Positions 23,818 to 37,014 of a stretch of 64,000 nucleotides of DNA are shown one piece after another. Made by a program: the position numbers and the translations under genes. The DNA comes from Cyanophora paradoxa CCMP329. Taxonomy: Eukaryota > Plantae > Glaucophyta. Under the pieces are notes generated by a model. That model was given only the letters and a program-made list of their open reading frames with translations, made no database searches and was not told the origin of the DNA. Position 1 is the first letter of the stretch, and the number at the start of each line of letters is the position of its first letter. Where the stretch lies: assembly GCA_004431415.1 (NCBI GenBank), contig QPMI01000013.1, positions 1 through 64,000 on the forward strand. The letters run 5' to 3'.

Positions 23818-25428
23818 AATCGCGCCGCCGCCCGCCGCGCCTCCGCGCGCGGCCGGGGCGTCGCGCCGCGCGCGCGCGCGCTCCGCTCTGCCGGCGCGCG
23901 AGCCGCGCGCGCCACCACCCTCGAGCTCCCGTGTCCGACGGTCCCCGCGCCTGGCCCGCGCGGCCCGCGCGGTCCTAGCTGGACATGCATATGTCGCCCT
24001 CCGCTGCTCGGCTAACCGGGCGCGGCACGCGGGAGTGCGCAGCGGCCGGCTGCGCGACGCGAGGCCGGCGCCATGCATATGACGGGCGGGGCGGTCGGGC
24101 AGCGGTCGGCGCGGCTCGCCAAGCTGGACGGAGCCTCGGAGGCGCGACGCGCGCGAGGCAGCTCAGCCGCGGCAGGCGGCGGCGCGGCTAGCGCTCGGCA
24201 GGCGGGACGGGGGCGCGGTGGGCGGCGGCGCGGCTCGGGCCGGGGCGCGGGGGCCGCGCGGGGCGAAGGCGCGCGCGGCGAGCGGGGCGGCGGCGCAGCT
24301 CTCCGGGCACCGGCGCGCGCGCGGGGCGGAAGTGCGGGCGGCGGTGCGGTTCGCCTGGCCATGGCGGGGCGGAGGTACGGTCGCCGGGCGGCGCTGCGCG
24401 CAGGCCCAGGCCTATACCCGCATTATTGTAAAGATAGCCGCTGAGCATTACTTAGTTGTTGTATTCTGTCAGCGCCTCTACTTTAGACCCCACCTTGCAC
24501 CTCCTGAGACGAGCGGGGGCGGGGGCGAGTCGAAGACCTAGTATTAAAAAATGTACCAGTCTGTAGCTGCGCATGACAGCATGACGACATGGCTCGGCAA
24601 ATGGGTTGCTGCGCCTTCGTTTTTTGGGCGCTGAGACGGGCTCAACGTACTGGGTTAAGTTGCCATGGCCAAAAATGCCGATTTTAGTTGTTCAGGCTCC
24701 TTAATTTGCGCAGTTCTAAACAATTTGTCGTTAACGTCACCGTTGATACCGTGGGTCATGATCAGCCAGCAACGAAATGCTTTTCCGTTTTCCTTTGCCG
24801 CCGAAATTCCTCGAGCTCCGGATCCGGTGAGAACGTTAACGTTGTGGACGCGTTGTTGACTGTCTTCTCGGATGGCGTGCAGACGTACGGTGGGAAAATC
24901 CAGATCTTGAAGCTCACCCCCGGCCCGTAGCACTTCCGAAGTTCTCGCCAAGGTTGACGTTGACGTAAATTTAGAAGGGCAGCACTGCGGCAAACTGATA
25001 GCCATTCTCGCCAAGGCCTAGCTATAGGGCGGCGCTGCAGCACCGAAACCGGTACCGCGTATACGTACGGCCACCACGAGCGATTTTCAACTTCTCGTCG
25101 AAGAAAACCGAGTTCGGCGTCGACGACGTGGGCTCCGAGGCTCTTTGATTCGTCGGTGTATATGCATATGTGTGGCATATGGTGTGGGTGGAGTGGATCC
25201 GGAGGAGTTTTCCCGGAGAAGCCTTCGAAGCTTAAGAGGCCTGGTGGCAGCGAGGCAGAATGGCTGGCCAGCCGACGCGCAGCAGCTGGCTGTGGCTTAA
25301 GTCATATATATTAAGCTTCCGCGAGGCCTCGCGGAAGCTTAATATATGATTTTAAGCAATTAGCTATAGCAGAGTTCCAGAACGCTGCAGCTAGCCACGT
25401 GCAGAGGGGCGGGAGCGCTCGGCGGCGC

Positions 25429-27788
25429 CTAGAGGCGGACGTCGACCTGGGTGGAGGGGGCCGGCCACAGGCCCGGGCCCAGCGCCGCCACCCCCGGCGA
25501 GGGCGAGGGCGAGGGCGAGGGCGCCGGGGCCCCGCCACCCTTCCCCTCCCCCCCCTCCTCGTCCTCGGGCCGGTAGAGGACGTCCTTGCGGCCTCCGATA
25601 AAGTCCGAGAGGGAGGGCGCCCGCTCCGAGCAGACGCTGGGCGCCAGGCTGCTGCCGTGACCGCCCTCGCCCTCCTCGGAGGCGTCCGCGGGGCCCCCCA
25701 GCCAGTGCCAGAGCGGCCGGTGTGCTTTGGGAGGGTCCGGACCCGGCTCGGGCTCGAGCCCGTTCCGGCTCGGCGGGCGGCTGGAGTGGCTGCTGGAGCC
25801 GGAAGAAGAGGGGCGGGGGCCCCGCGCGAACTTGAGGCCGGGGCCCGGGGCTCGGAGGCCGGCGGCGAGGGCGAATGGGGTGGCGCCGGCGAGGCGGGAG
25901 CGGAGGGCGCGGGCGCGGCGGCGGAGGGCGCGGTGCCAGCGGGCGACGAGGCGGTCGGCGGCGGCGCTGAGGGAGGAGACGAGGAAGCGCTCGACGAGGA
26001 GCGCGACGGCAATCGCCGCCAGGCTCGCCAGGTACATCACAACCTGGCGGGAGGGGGTGGGGGGTGGGTGGGGAGAAGTCAAGGGCGGGCGCGAGAGAGA
26101 AGTCAAGGGCGGGCACGATCACGACCCAAAGCGAGGGAGAAACGTTTAAGCTACATAGATCCACTAGCTTTAAAAGCTCGCGCATGTGATCACTCGACTC
26201 TGCTTGAGCCCGGGCAGGGAGCGCACGACGAAGTCGGTGGGGAGGGGCACGAGGGCGAAGGTGGCGCGGATGCCGGCGACGTCGCCCGGCACCGCGAAGA
26301 AGAAGAAGGAGCACGTCGCGAACGCCGCCAGCGTCATCAGCACCTGGGGCGAGGGGGGTGAGGAGCAGGGGGGTACAGGGCGGGAGAGGGGGAGGGGCGC
26401 ACGTAGAGGCGGTTGCGGAAGGGGTTCTCTCGGAAGGTCTGTCGGGGGGCCGGGCGGGGCGCGTCGGCCTCGAAAGGGGGCGCGCGGGCGGAGGTCGGGT
26501 CGGGGCGGGGCGGACGTCGTTGCGCTTGTTGAGGGAGATGGCCGATGCCACGCCGACGTTCATGATGTTCGCCACCAGCCTGGAGGGGGGGAGGTTCAAA
26601 GGCGCGGAGGGAGGAGGGGGTGGTGTGGGGCGGGGCGGGGCGGACCACGAGACGGTCTGTGTGCCGGGGTACGGTGAGCAGAAGTGAGGACGAGGCGGAC
26701 GAGGCCCGGGCCCGGGGGGCGGACGCACGTTCTCGACGCAGGTGACCGTATCGAAGGCGTCCGCCACTCCGCACCCTGCGGCGCCCCCCCAAATCAGCTA
26801 AAGCGTAGGGGCGTGAGGGCGCGGGGGCGGGCGGGGCGGACCCCGGGGCGTGGCCTGGTCGGGCGGGCAGTACCACTCCAGCTGCGCGCGAGGGGGGCTC
26901 AGGTCGTGGCGTGGCGGGGCGGGGCGGGGCGGAGCGTGGCGGGGCGGGGCGGGGCGGGGGGCGGGGGCGGCGGGACCTGCTGCGCCTGCACAGGAAAAGA
27001 AGAAGAGCGTCAGAGCGGGCCGAACAGTGGCAGAGGCAGAAGAAGAGGACGGACGCGGCTGGAGAGGAGGCCGTCGAGCAGCAGCGCGATGCCTGCGGGG
27101 GGAAACGCGCGCAGAAAGAGGCAGGCGTCATGTGTGGTGAAGCGGGACCATGGCGAAGCGGCCGTGCAAACGAGCGCGGGGCGGGCGGAACGAGCTGACG
27201 GGCAGGACGGGCAACCCGCCGCGGCCGCGGGCGGGGCAGGAAACTAGCCGGCCTCCCGAACTAGCCGCCCGTGCCGGGAAATAAGGGGGGGAACTAGGAG
27301 CTAGATACATAGCTATAACGACGTCCCATATAAAACGCTTCCCATCCTACGGAGAGGACCCACAGGGCGGACCGATGTGGGAGGCGACGGAGAGGACGAC
27401 GGGCCCCATGGCGAAGGCCGGCGAGCGCGCGGAGAGGCCGTCCCGCGCCGGCGGCGGCCGCTGCAGCGCCATCGTCACCCCCAGCGGGACCATGATGCAC
27501 TGCGCGCGTGCGAGTCGGCGGAGTCAGGCGGCCTGCTGCTGCTGCTGCGCGCGCGCTGCCTCTTCTTTCCCGCCTCCGTTCACTCTCGATGCTAAAAACG
27601 GCTGTCTCGATGCTGCTAGGGCCAGGGCACGCTAGCCGAGGCATGTGCGGGGGCGGGGGCGGGGGCGGGGCGGGGGCGGACGGCGGCGCGGAAGAAGTAC
27701 TGCTCGGAGGAGAACTCGACGTTGTAGTAGAGCAGCCGCAGGTTCTGCGCCGTCTGCGCGCCCCGCGTCGGAGGCGGGGGCGGAGGCG

Positions 27789-27819
<31 letters not shown>

Positions 27820-30800
27820 GCGCCGCCCTCCAGGGGGGAGGAGGAGGGCGGGAGCTTCTTCGCCGCAGCGCGGCGGCGGCCCTTCTAGCATCGAGCCCCT
27901 CTAGCATTCGCCGGCTAGCCGGCTGGCGGGTGTGGAGGAGGGCAGCGCAGCGCGGCGGCGGCCCCCGCTGGCCCCTTCTAGCCTCTATGCGGCGGAGGAG
28001 GAGGGCGCCGCTCTTCAAAGCGGAGGAGGGCGGGAGCTTCTAGCCCCTCCGGCTCTCGCTAGCTGGCTGGCCCATCTAGAAGGCGGAGGAGGAGGGCAGC
28101 GCAGCGAGGCGGCGGCCCCTTTGGCATCTAGTCCCTCTAGCTTTCGACTGGCTGGCCGCCGCGGACCTGGAGGATCGAGCTGAACATGAGGAACTGCGCG
28201 CGGGCGGGGGCCGTCAGAATCTCAAGGGAGGGCAGGGCAGGGAGGGGCCGCCTCGCCTTCAGAATGTCGTGGACGGTGGAGAGGGCGCAGCGGGCCTCCT
28301 GCAGCAGCGCCAGCGCCGTGAGCGTCGAGGGCCGCCGGCTCGCGTACTCCGCCACCACCCGCGCCTGCCGAGGAGGTTAGGCTCAGGGGGTGTGCGGCGC
28401 GGCGCCGTGTGGTGTGGAAAGGCGGGCGGGCCTCCTTGGTGCCGAAGGCGAGCGCCGCGGAGGACTCCTGCATCCCCCTGCACGCGCCGCCCGCGTGAGC
28501 CATGGAGCGCCCTGGCGTGGCCCCCTGTGCTTCGCGCACCCGAGATCGTTGACGCTGCCGGGGCGGCGCGGGGCGGGGCGGGGCGGGGCGGGGGAAGGCG
28601 CCGGTCAGCTGCGTGGGGGCGGCCACTCCCGAGCGAAAGGAGGAGGAGGAGGAGGAGGAGGAGGAGGAGGAGGCGAGACGGGCGCGCGCGCACCCGTCGC
28701 CGATCTGCGGAGCGGGCGGGCGGCCGTGAGTAGGAAAAGCAGAGCCGAGCGGGGCGGAGCGGAGCGGGGGCGACGCGGGGGGGCCCACCATGAGGGTGAC
28801 GTTGCCGGCGGCCTCGAGGGCGCGCACGACCTCCGTCTTGTGCGAGGGGCCCACGCGCGCGAACACCCGAGCCCGCCGTACCAGCTGCGGGGGAGGAGGA
28901 GGGGGAGGTCGGACATACAACAAGAGAGGGCGCGGCCGCTCGCTCGCTCGCTCGCACCGCTTCCCGCAGGTCGGAGAGAGGGTCATCCTGGGCGGAGGCG
29001 CCCTCCCCGGCCCCGGCCCCGGCCCCTCCTCCGCCCCCGGCGGCGGCCCGCTCGGCCGCCCGCTCGGCGGCGGCCCCGAAGAGAGCCTCGACGGCGGGGC
29101 CGGTGAGGGCCCAGACGGTGCGGGCGGCGGCGCCGCCGCTCATGGCCGCGGCGCGGGCCTCCGGGCTGGGGAGCTCCCCCGCCTCGTCGCTCTCGTACCC
29201 GTCCCCCATCGCCTCGTCCTGCGCGGGCGGCGGCGAGTCGGCGGCGGGGCGGCGGCCCGCCCGCCCCACCCGCCCTAAACGAGGCGCCGGTGCTGAAATC
29301 TAATCTAGATGCACTCTAAATGCCCTCTTCTTCTCCTTCTAGACCCGGCCCTCCCTCCCACGCACGAGGGCGAGCTCGGCGTCGAGGGAGAGGAGGCGCT
29401 GCTCGTCGACGACGTCGTAGCAGACCAGGCCGCCCTGGGCGCCCCCCTCCTCGGGGCGGTGGTCGACGGCGAGGACGCGCGCGGCGGGGGCGACGGCCCC
29501 CACCGCCCGCCCCACGCTCACCGCCGTCAGCAGCCCGTCCCCTGCACGCGGCGTGAGAAGGCGAGGGCGTCTTATCCGTCTTATCCGGGGGCGGGGGCGC
29601 CGGGCACCGGTGAGGAGGCAGATGCGGAGGCGACCAGCGGCAAGGGCGGCCACCGTCCCCGGGCTCTCCTTCCGCACCGGGTTGTGCACTGCGGCGCCGG
29701 CGGGCGGGCGGGGGAGCATGGGCGTCAGCCGGGCCGCGGCGGAGCGGGCCGGGGCGGCGGGCGGCGGGCGGGTCGCATCTAGCCCGCATCTAGGAGCTCA
29801 GGGCCCCAAACAAGGCTCTTCCCATGCTTGGAGCCGGATCCAGTACACGCACGGAGGAGGAAGCCGTCGAAGGTGAGCCCCGCCTCGGCCTCCTCCCTGC
29901 AACAGAGGCATCGCCTCAGAGGAGCAGGCTTGGAGCAGGCTTGGAGGAAAGAGAGGGAGGGGTGGTGCGCGCCGGGGGAGGGAGCGGATCTCGGGGGGGC
30001 TCATGAAGGGGAGGGCCCGGTGGGCGCAGGCGAGCACCGTCAGGCCCCGCTCCTCCTGCCGGCGGGGAAAAGAAGACGGTCAGGGTGACATGCTGCTCTG
30101 GCCGTCCTTCCGACGCGCGCGTGTGCGCGTGAGCGCGTGGACGGACCTGCAGCCGCAGCGCCTTCGCGAACGCCCGCGGCACCTGCGGGGGACAAGGGAG
30201 GTGAGGAGCGCAGGAGATTAGTTAGGACGAGCTAGCGAATTATGTGCTGAGAGATTAAAAGAAGCAGATTCTCAATTAAGGTATTATTTTAGAGCGAGAG
30301 ATCAGGGCGCGCGCAGGCGTCGTGCGGGCCGGGCGCACGGTGTGGGGGCGGCACATCTTCACGATGGACTCGGGGGCGCCCTTGCAGTGCAGCACGAGCT
30401 GCGCGGGGTCAGAGGGGAGGGAAGGAAGGGGAAGACGAGCGAGGCTGCGGGCAAGCCAAGATAGAAGATAGCGAAGATGGACAGACAGCGCCCATGGGAG
30501 GAGGAAGAGGGGGGAGCGAGCGTGCCTTCCTGGAGGTGAGGCCGCGGGCGAGGACGGAGGAGCACATGCGCCGCACGTCGAACTCGAACCGCCGCACCAC
30601 GCCCCACTCCTCCTCCTCGTCGTACCCCTCCCCCCCGGGGCCCGGGCCGCCCCCCGGGGCGCCCCCGCCCGCGCCCCCGGCCGCCGGCTTGGCGATGGCG
30701 AGGACGCCCTCCCGCCGCAGCGCCGCCTCCGGCTCCAGCAGGCTCTGACGCGGAGTTTGGTTCAGTTTAGACTGAAGTTCTGATGTAAGGAGGCCGCTGG

Positions 30801-33800
30801 ACAGGTTAGGTAGTTATTGGGTTTAGTGAGTCAGATCAGCTTAGATCAGCTCACTAAGAAGCTTAGATCAGCTTAGTTTTGGCGAAGGATAAGCAAGCGG
30901 AAGGTCGGTTTTGAGGGCGGCGGACCCAGCCGGAGGCGCGGAATCCCTCTACGTCGATCTGGCGCCCCGCCTCCTGCCGCCCCGCCCGCAGCGCTGCCAA
31001 AAAGAACAATAAGAAGGAAAGCAGGAGCGGATCGGATGAGATCGAAGGGGCGCGCTGTGGCAGAGGGCGAGGCAGCGCTCGAGGGCGCGGGTGGCGCCCT
31101 CCGCGTGCACGTTCTGCGTCGCCTCCTCGAACCTGCGCCCGAGCCCGAGCCCGAGCCCAAGGTCCCCTAAGCCTGAGCCTAAGATTTGCTGATCGTCTAA
31201 GCCAATCGGCCTCCCTAAGGTCCCCTAAGCCAATCGTGAATGGGCGTGCGGACGTGTCGCCGGCGGCGCCCGCGCCCGAGCCCGAGCCTAATTCAAGCCC
31301 AAGCCTGTCCGTCATTCCAAGCGTTCGTAACGCACGTGTCGCCGGCGGCGCGCTGGAGGCCCCAGAAGGCGACGCGCTCCGACGTCAGCACGCCCGTCTG
31401 GAGACCGTGAGGTGAGCGGCGGCGGGGGCGGGTGGGGCGTGGGCGGGTGTGGACCGACCTTGTCGAAGCAGACGGTGCCGGTGCGGCCGGTGCTGAGCAG
31501 GCGCCCCGGGTCGAGCACAGCCACCCCGCGGCCCCGCAGCCGCACTGCCCGCGCGCGCGGCCGCGCAGACGTCAACCAGGCTCTTCGTTGGGGCGGGCGG
31601 GCGGGGCGGGGGGGCGGGCGCACGGGAGGCGACGAGGGTGGCGAAGGAGACGACGAGGATGAGGCAGGCGGGGATCGTCACCGTCACGAAGTCGAAGCAC
31701 CGCGTGAACACCGTGCTGCCGAGAGACGGAGCGCAGGGCGTGAGGCGCTGGCTAGGCTAGGCTAGAGGGGGCACTTTTCCCGCGGCTGGCGCATGCGGAG
31801 CGTGCGTGCGCAAGCTAGGCTCGGCCAGAGCGGCGGCCAGGCCGGGCTCGGCTAGGCTAGTCTAGGTCTCCGGCTGGGGAGGCCGGGGCACCTGGCGGGG
31901 AGGGGGTCGCCGTGGGCGTTGCCGAGGACGATCCCCAGCGCCACCCCGAACGCCACCACCGCCGTCCTGGGGGAGAATCAGGGGGGTACGGGATGGCGGG
32001 GGGGGGGGCGGGTGGGGGGGTACAGGGTCTGGAGGGCGAAGTAGGAGCCGAGCTGGCGCAGGAGCGCGTGCTTGCCCTCCTCCGCGTACAGGACCTGGGG
32101 GGAGGGGGGGGTGGGGTGGGGTGGGGGGCGGGTGAGAGGCCGGCTGCAGGATAGGATGGGATGGGACAGAACAGGACAGGATGGGATAGGCTAGGCCGGG
32201 ACGCAGCCCGGTGTCCCCTAGGCGTGTGTCCCCTCTAGCCGTCCCTCTAGATAGGGTGGGATGGGATACGCCAGGCCGATGCGCAAAGCGGCGCGGCGCG
32301 GCGCTGCGCTGCGCTGCGCGGCCTCACCTCGTGGAAGAACGGTCCCCGCTGCGTCGCGTACCTGCGCCGGCGAACGAACGATTGAATTCGGACGAACGTT
32401 CCTCCCGGGGCGAGGGAGCTGGTGGGGAAAGAGCTGGGGGGTACCCGGTGCGGAGGACGACGCAGAGGAGCGGCTCGCGCGAGAGGACCTGCGCGGGGGG
32501 AATGGGCGGTAAGATAGGGGCGGCGGATCTGAGTCAAGGATTTCATCATCGGGCCTATCTAGGACCACTCGCTCTAGCCGAGGGGGGCAAGCACCTGGAG
32601 GAGGGTGGTGCCGCAGAAGAGGACGCCCTCCTCGGAGCCCGAGGCCACGGGGCCCCCGCCCCCGCCGGCGCCCCGGCCCCACAGCAGCCCCTGCTTCGTC
32701 GCCGCCAGCGCCTGCCCTGCGCACGCGTCGGAGGCGGAGGTTGCGGAGCCGGATGCTTGCCTCTCCCTCCTGCACCCTAGCCCTTCTCCTCTTCCTCCGC
32801 CCCGCCCCCCCTCGCCCCGCCCCGCCCGCCGCCGCGCACCGCGGAGGGAGGACTCGTCGACGAGGCACTCGCCGCGGAGCAGCAGCAGGTCCGCCGGCAC
32901 CGTCAGCGGCAGCGCCGTCGTCGGGCCGGCGCTCGAGGCGGCGGCGGCTAAGGCGGATGCGGTCGAGGCCCGCCGCCCGCCCGCCGGCTCCGGCGCCCGA
33001 ACCACCAGCACGTCCCCGGGCTGAGCGACGAAGAAGGAAGCTTAGGGAAGAAAGCCTAGGAAGCGTAGGAAGCTTAAGATGGTTGGAAGCTTAAAAACGT
33101 TGGAAGCCCAAGCCGTCTGGGCGGGCCGAGGAGCTCCTCAAAGAAAGCTGGGTGTCTGTAGCTAGCTTCTTATAGCTTCTTGTAGCTTGCTTCTTATTAT
33201 AGCTTCTTATAGCGCTTCTAATAAGAAGCTATCCGGCCAGCCGTCTTCGAAAAAAGGCCGAAGAAAGGGCGCACGAGGAGCTCCTCGGAGGGGAGCTTGA
33301 GCTCGGCGGGGGCCCGCCCCGGCGCCCGCCGCCGCACCACCACCCGCGTCCCCGACTGCGCGAGAGATAGGGGCGTAAGATTGGCGGCGCAGTGTCTATA
33401 GCTTTCTTTCCTATGGCTTCTTAGAAGCTAGCCAGCCGCCATCGTGACGAGCGGGCCGGGCAGCACTGGGGGCGCGCCTGGGAGAGCTGGGTGTCTATAG
33501 CTTCCTTTCCTATAGCTTCTTAGGCTTCTGGCTTCTTAGCTTTGAAGGCGCGCCTGGGAGAGCTGGGTGTCGAGGCGGCGGGCGGAGCGCCAGCGGATGA
33601 GGGAGGTCCAGAGCACGGAGACCACCGAGAGCGCCAGCACCAGGCCCTGCGTCGAGGCCGGGGCGTGAGCGGGGCGGGGCGGGCCGTGAACGGGGCGCGG
33701 GCCGTCGAGCAGGGGGATATTTTGAGCCTTTTGGTATTACGCCGAGCATATTACATTATGTGAAATGATCGCTTGTTATATTGGGCCGTGAACGGGGCGC

Positions 33801-35110
33801 GGGGGTGGGGTACCCCGAAGAGGAAGACGCGCTGGGAGAACCAGATCGCCACGGCCGCCGCCTGCGAGGCGCGGGGCGGGGCGGGGCGGGTCAGAAGGTC
33901 GAAGAGGGCGGCGCGGAGGGCGGCCTGCTCTGAGGCTGTGCTCTAATGCCGTGCTCTAAGCTCCTCTAGAGCGGAGGCGGGGCGAGAGCGGGGGCGGGGG
34001 GCGGTGGCGGGCCTGGACGAAGTAGAACTGGTGGAGCAGCTCGTCCGCCACCACCCCGAGGAACGCGTCCGCCCCTGCGAACAAAGTCGGGGCGGGGGGG
34101 GGGGAGGGGAGGGGGGGGTAGTGGGGCGCACCGGGGCGGATCTCGTTGCGGCCGAAGAGGAGGGACCGGAGGGCGATCTCGGGGCGGGAGAGCCCCCGGG
34201 CGTAGCGGGCCTCGATCTGGGCGGCGCCGAGGCCCTCGAGGGAGAGCCCGAAGCGCGCGAAGGTGCCGTCCGGGCACTGCACGTAGCGCCGCGAGCGGTG
34301 CTCGAACCAGGCGACAACCTCCTGGGAGCCCGCCCGATCCTCCTCCCCCCCCTCGAGGTCCGGGCGGGACGCGGAGCGCCGGCTGAAGGCCCGCCGCACG
34401 GCGGAGGAGCGGCGCCGCGCGCGGAGCCGCTGGGTGCGGACGCGTACGAGGAACCAGGCGCCGCGCTCGCGGATGAGGAGCGACTGCGGCTGCTCCTCGC
34501 GGCGGCAGAGGCGGTGCGTGCAGGTGGCGAGGAGGTAGCGCCAGCGGAGGGCGGCGGCGAGGAGGAGGCCCCCCGTGAGGAGGCAGCAGACGGCGAAGAG
34601 CGCCGAGCGCGGCAGCGAGACGCGCAGCGCCGTGATCGGCAGCTCCCGCTTGCTCTCCTCGATCGGCACCTCCTCCTGCCTCGGGCCCGGCTCCTCCAGC
34701 GGCGCACGCTCCGCAAGCTCGTCCGCCCCTGCGGCGCGCGGCGCAGGTGGGCGCGGGCCGCCGCGCGGCTCGGGGAGCTAAGGCGCACCTGCGGGCTGCG
34801 GCGCTTCCACATCGCTGGGCCTGGCGGTCTCAGTCTCGCCCTCCGTCTCGTTCTCGTTGAGGTCGAGCGACGGGAGGCTCGCCTCGTCCGCCTCGTGCGC
34901 GCCGGCGGCGCTGCTCAGAACCCAGCGCTCCACCGCGCTCGCCTCCTCCGCGTCCCGCGGCGGGGCATTCGGCCCCTCGTCCTGCAGCTGCTCGCGGGGC
35001 GAGGCGCCGTCCGCCTCCGCGTGCTCCGGGTCGCGGGGCGACGCGCCGCCGGACGGGCTCTCGAAATCTCCCTCGCCATCTGCGGCACGCGGCTGCTCTT
35101 TCTCCGCCAT
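25429..35110 (-). CDS. P5-type (ATP13A-like) P-type ATPase, many exons
   Basis: ARYARGLS..RSLLFGRNEI, DELLHQFYFVQ, PADLLLLRGECLVDESSL, VLFCGTTLLQ, CFDK|TGVLT, VRRFEFDVRRMCSSV, CKGAPE, LLTG|DGLLTA, VFARVGPSHK, GDG|VNDLG, LLQEARCAL, C-terminal TM helices. Confidence 0.88.
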
Positions 35111-35511
35111 CCGCTCAAGTGGAGCTCGCTGGCATGGGCGGCCGACTGCAGAATTCAAAGCTGCGGGTGGTGACGGTGCTTCTCGCGCCCGAGTTGACCA
35201 GCGCAGGTGCCAATCGGGCTCGGCGGTGCTTCCCAAATCTAGCACCCCGTACCCGTAGCCTTGGTCGTGGGCTCGACACCGACCGGGACTACTTGCGAGG
35301 CAGCTAACTCCGGCTCTTCGCCAGCGGGCCTTCTCTAGCTGCAGGAGCCTCGGAACCCATCTAGCTAAGATCGTTGATCAATTTCCAGCTGCCTAGCGCC
35401 AGCGCTGAAGCCCCGCGCGGCCCGCCCCCGACTTCGCTCCCTTTTCGCCTCGAGCCCAGCAGCATCGGGAGGCGTTGAGCAGCTGAGTTATATCTTTCTT
35501 CCGGAAGTGCG

Positions 35512-37014
35512 ATGGACGAGAACGGGCTGGACCCGCAGTGGAAGCTGCCGCCGCCCCGATACGACACCGTGAACTCGCTGGAGCCATCCTCGCGGCGCGA
35601 GTCAGCGGCGGCAGTGGGGAACCATTTCCCAATGCCGAGCGGGGCGCGAGCTATCTCGCGCGTGAGCGAGAGCGACCACCGGGACGAGGACGCGCCGCCC
35701 TCCTCCGTGCCCGTCTTCACGCTGGACGAGCAGCGCAACTTCAACTCGATCATGGGCACCTTCGGCAACCGGCGCGCCTCCTCCGGCTCGTCCTTCTCCT
35801 CCAGGGCGCCCTCCCAGATCGGATCCGCCGGCTTCTGTGCGCCTCGACCCGCGCGCGCCGGCCGCCGCGCGCGGCTGGGCTGAGTCGGCGGGCGCGCAGC
35901 GGGGGAGGTGAGGCACGGGCGGCGGGCGCGGGGGAGCAGCAGGACGGGGGAGGGGGGCCCCGGGGACCCGAAGAGGGCGGCGGAGGTGCTGGAGGAGCAG
36001 CGGCGGAATCTGGAGGAGCGGCGCTCGGCGGGGCGCGGGGACTTCCAGACGGTCTTCCACCAGAAGGACAACCAGACGATGCGGCTGGAGGCGGCCAAGC
36101 GCCAGGGCGACATGCGCGGCGAGTACCGGCCCCCCGCCGACCACGCCTTCCGCGAGGAGGAGGCCCGCCCGCCCGCCCTCCTTCCGCCCCCCGCTTCTTA
36201 CGCCTTCGGAGCAGAAGCTGGGGATCAAGAAGTGCCCGCAGAACGCGCACCTGCTGGCCGCCGTGCCGCAGGCCCAGGCCCGAAACTTCGCCGTCTTCTT
36301 CCACCTCCCGGTGCGCTCTACCTTGGAGGAAGATAGACGCCCGCCTCGGAAGCTAGACGACCGACTTGGAGGATAGATAGATGGATAGCGCGCCGTGGAC
36401 GCGCCGCGCCCCTCGCCCGCTCTGTCCTATCCCGCAGTTCCTTACTTGCTCCGGAGCAGGACAACAAGAGCATGCGGCTGGCGGCGGCGAAGGAGGGGGC
36501 CGACCTTCGGGGGCCCTACGCCCCGCCCTCGGACTATGAGTTCCGCCCGGAGGAGCCCAAGGGGGCCCGGGGCGCCGGAGCCGGAGCCGACAGGCCACCG
36601 GACTTTCGCCTCGCCTTCCACCGGGCGCCCCGGGAGGCCCAGATGGCGGACGGCTCGCGGATCAAATTCCTGGAGGCGGAGCCGGCGCCGCTGGCCGGGG
36701 GCCAGGCGGCGCGGCTGGATGGGAAGCTCCGGGCGCTGCTGGGGCAGGAGGAGCGGCCCTTCCGCCTCGCGCACCGGGGCCTCCGCAGCACCGACCGCGA
36801 GAACATGGGCCTCCAGGTGAGAGGGGGCGGAGGGCGGGGGCGGGGGCGGGGTGTGCCCTCCCTCTGGCCCAGCGTTCAGCTGGGATGGCTTAGATGACGT
36901 AGAGGGGCCGGACCCTCGCCCCCTCTGGCCCAGCTTCGGCTGACGCCCGCCCCCGCCCTCGCGCAGATCTGCAAGGGCCCCGTCCTCCACGTCAACGACC
37001 CCGCCGCCGTCTAG
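35512..37014 (+). CDS. Hypothetical protein with an internal ~30-aa repeat, spliced
   Basis: ATG 35512; exons in ORFs 35512, 35908 and 36472 joined by short introns; last exon ICKGPVLHVNDPAAV*. Confidence 0.55.

Noticed and set aside
23487-24545. Possible Helitron (hairpin gcaaggggggg..ccccccttgc near 23487; CTAG-T near 24538)
   Set aside because: The hairpin and the CTAG end are ~1 kb apart, there is no subterminal hairpin next to the CTAG, and no RepHel sequence.
24655-25014. Caspase-like motif (CWLIMTHG)
   Set aside because: No downstream QAC/DxC catalytic cysteine motif and the ORF ends shortly after; probably chance.
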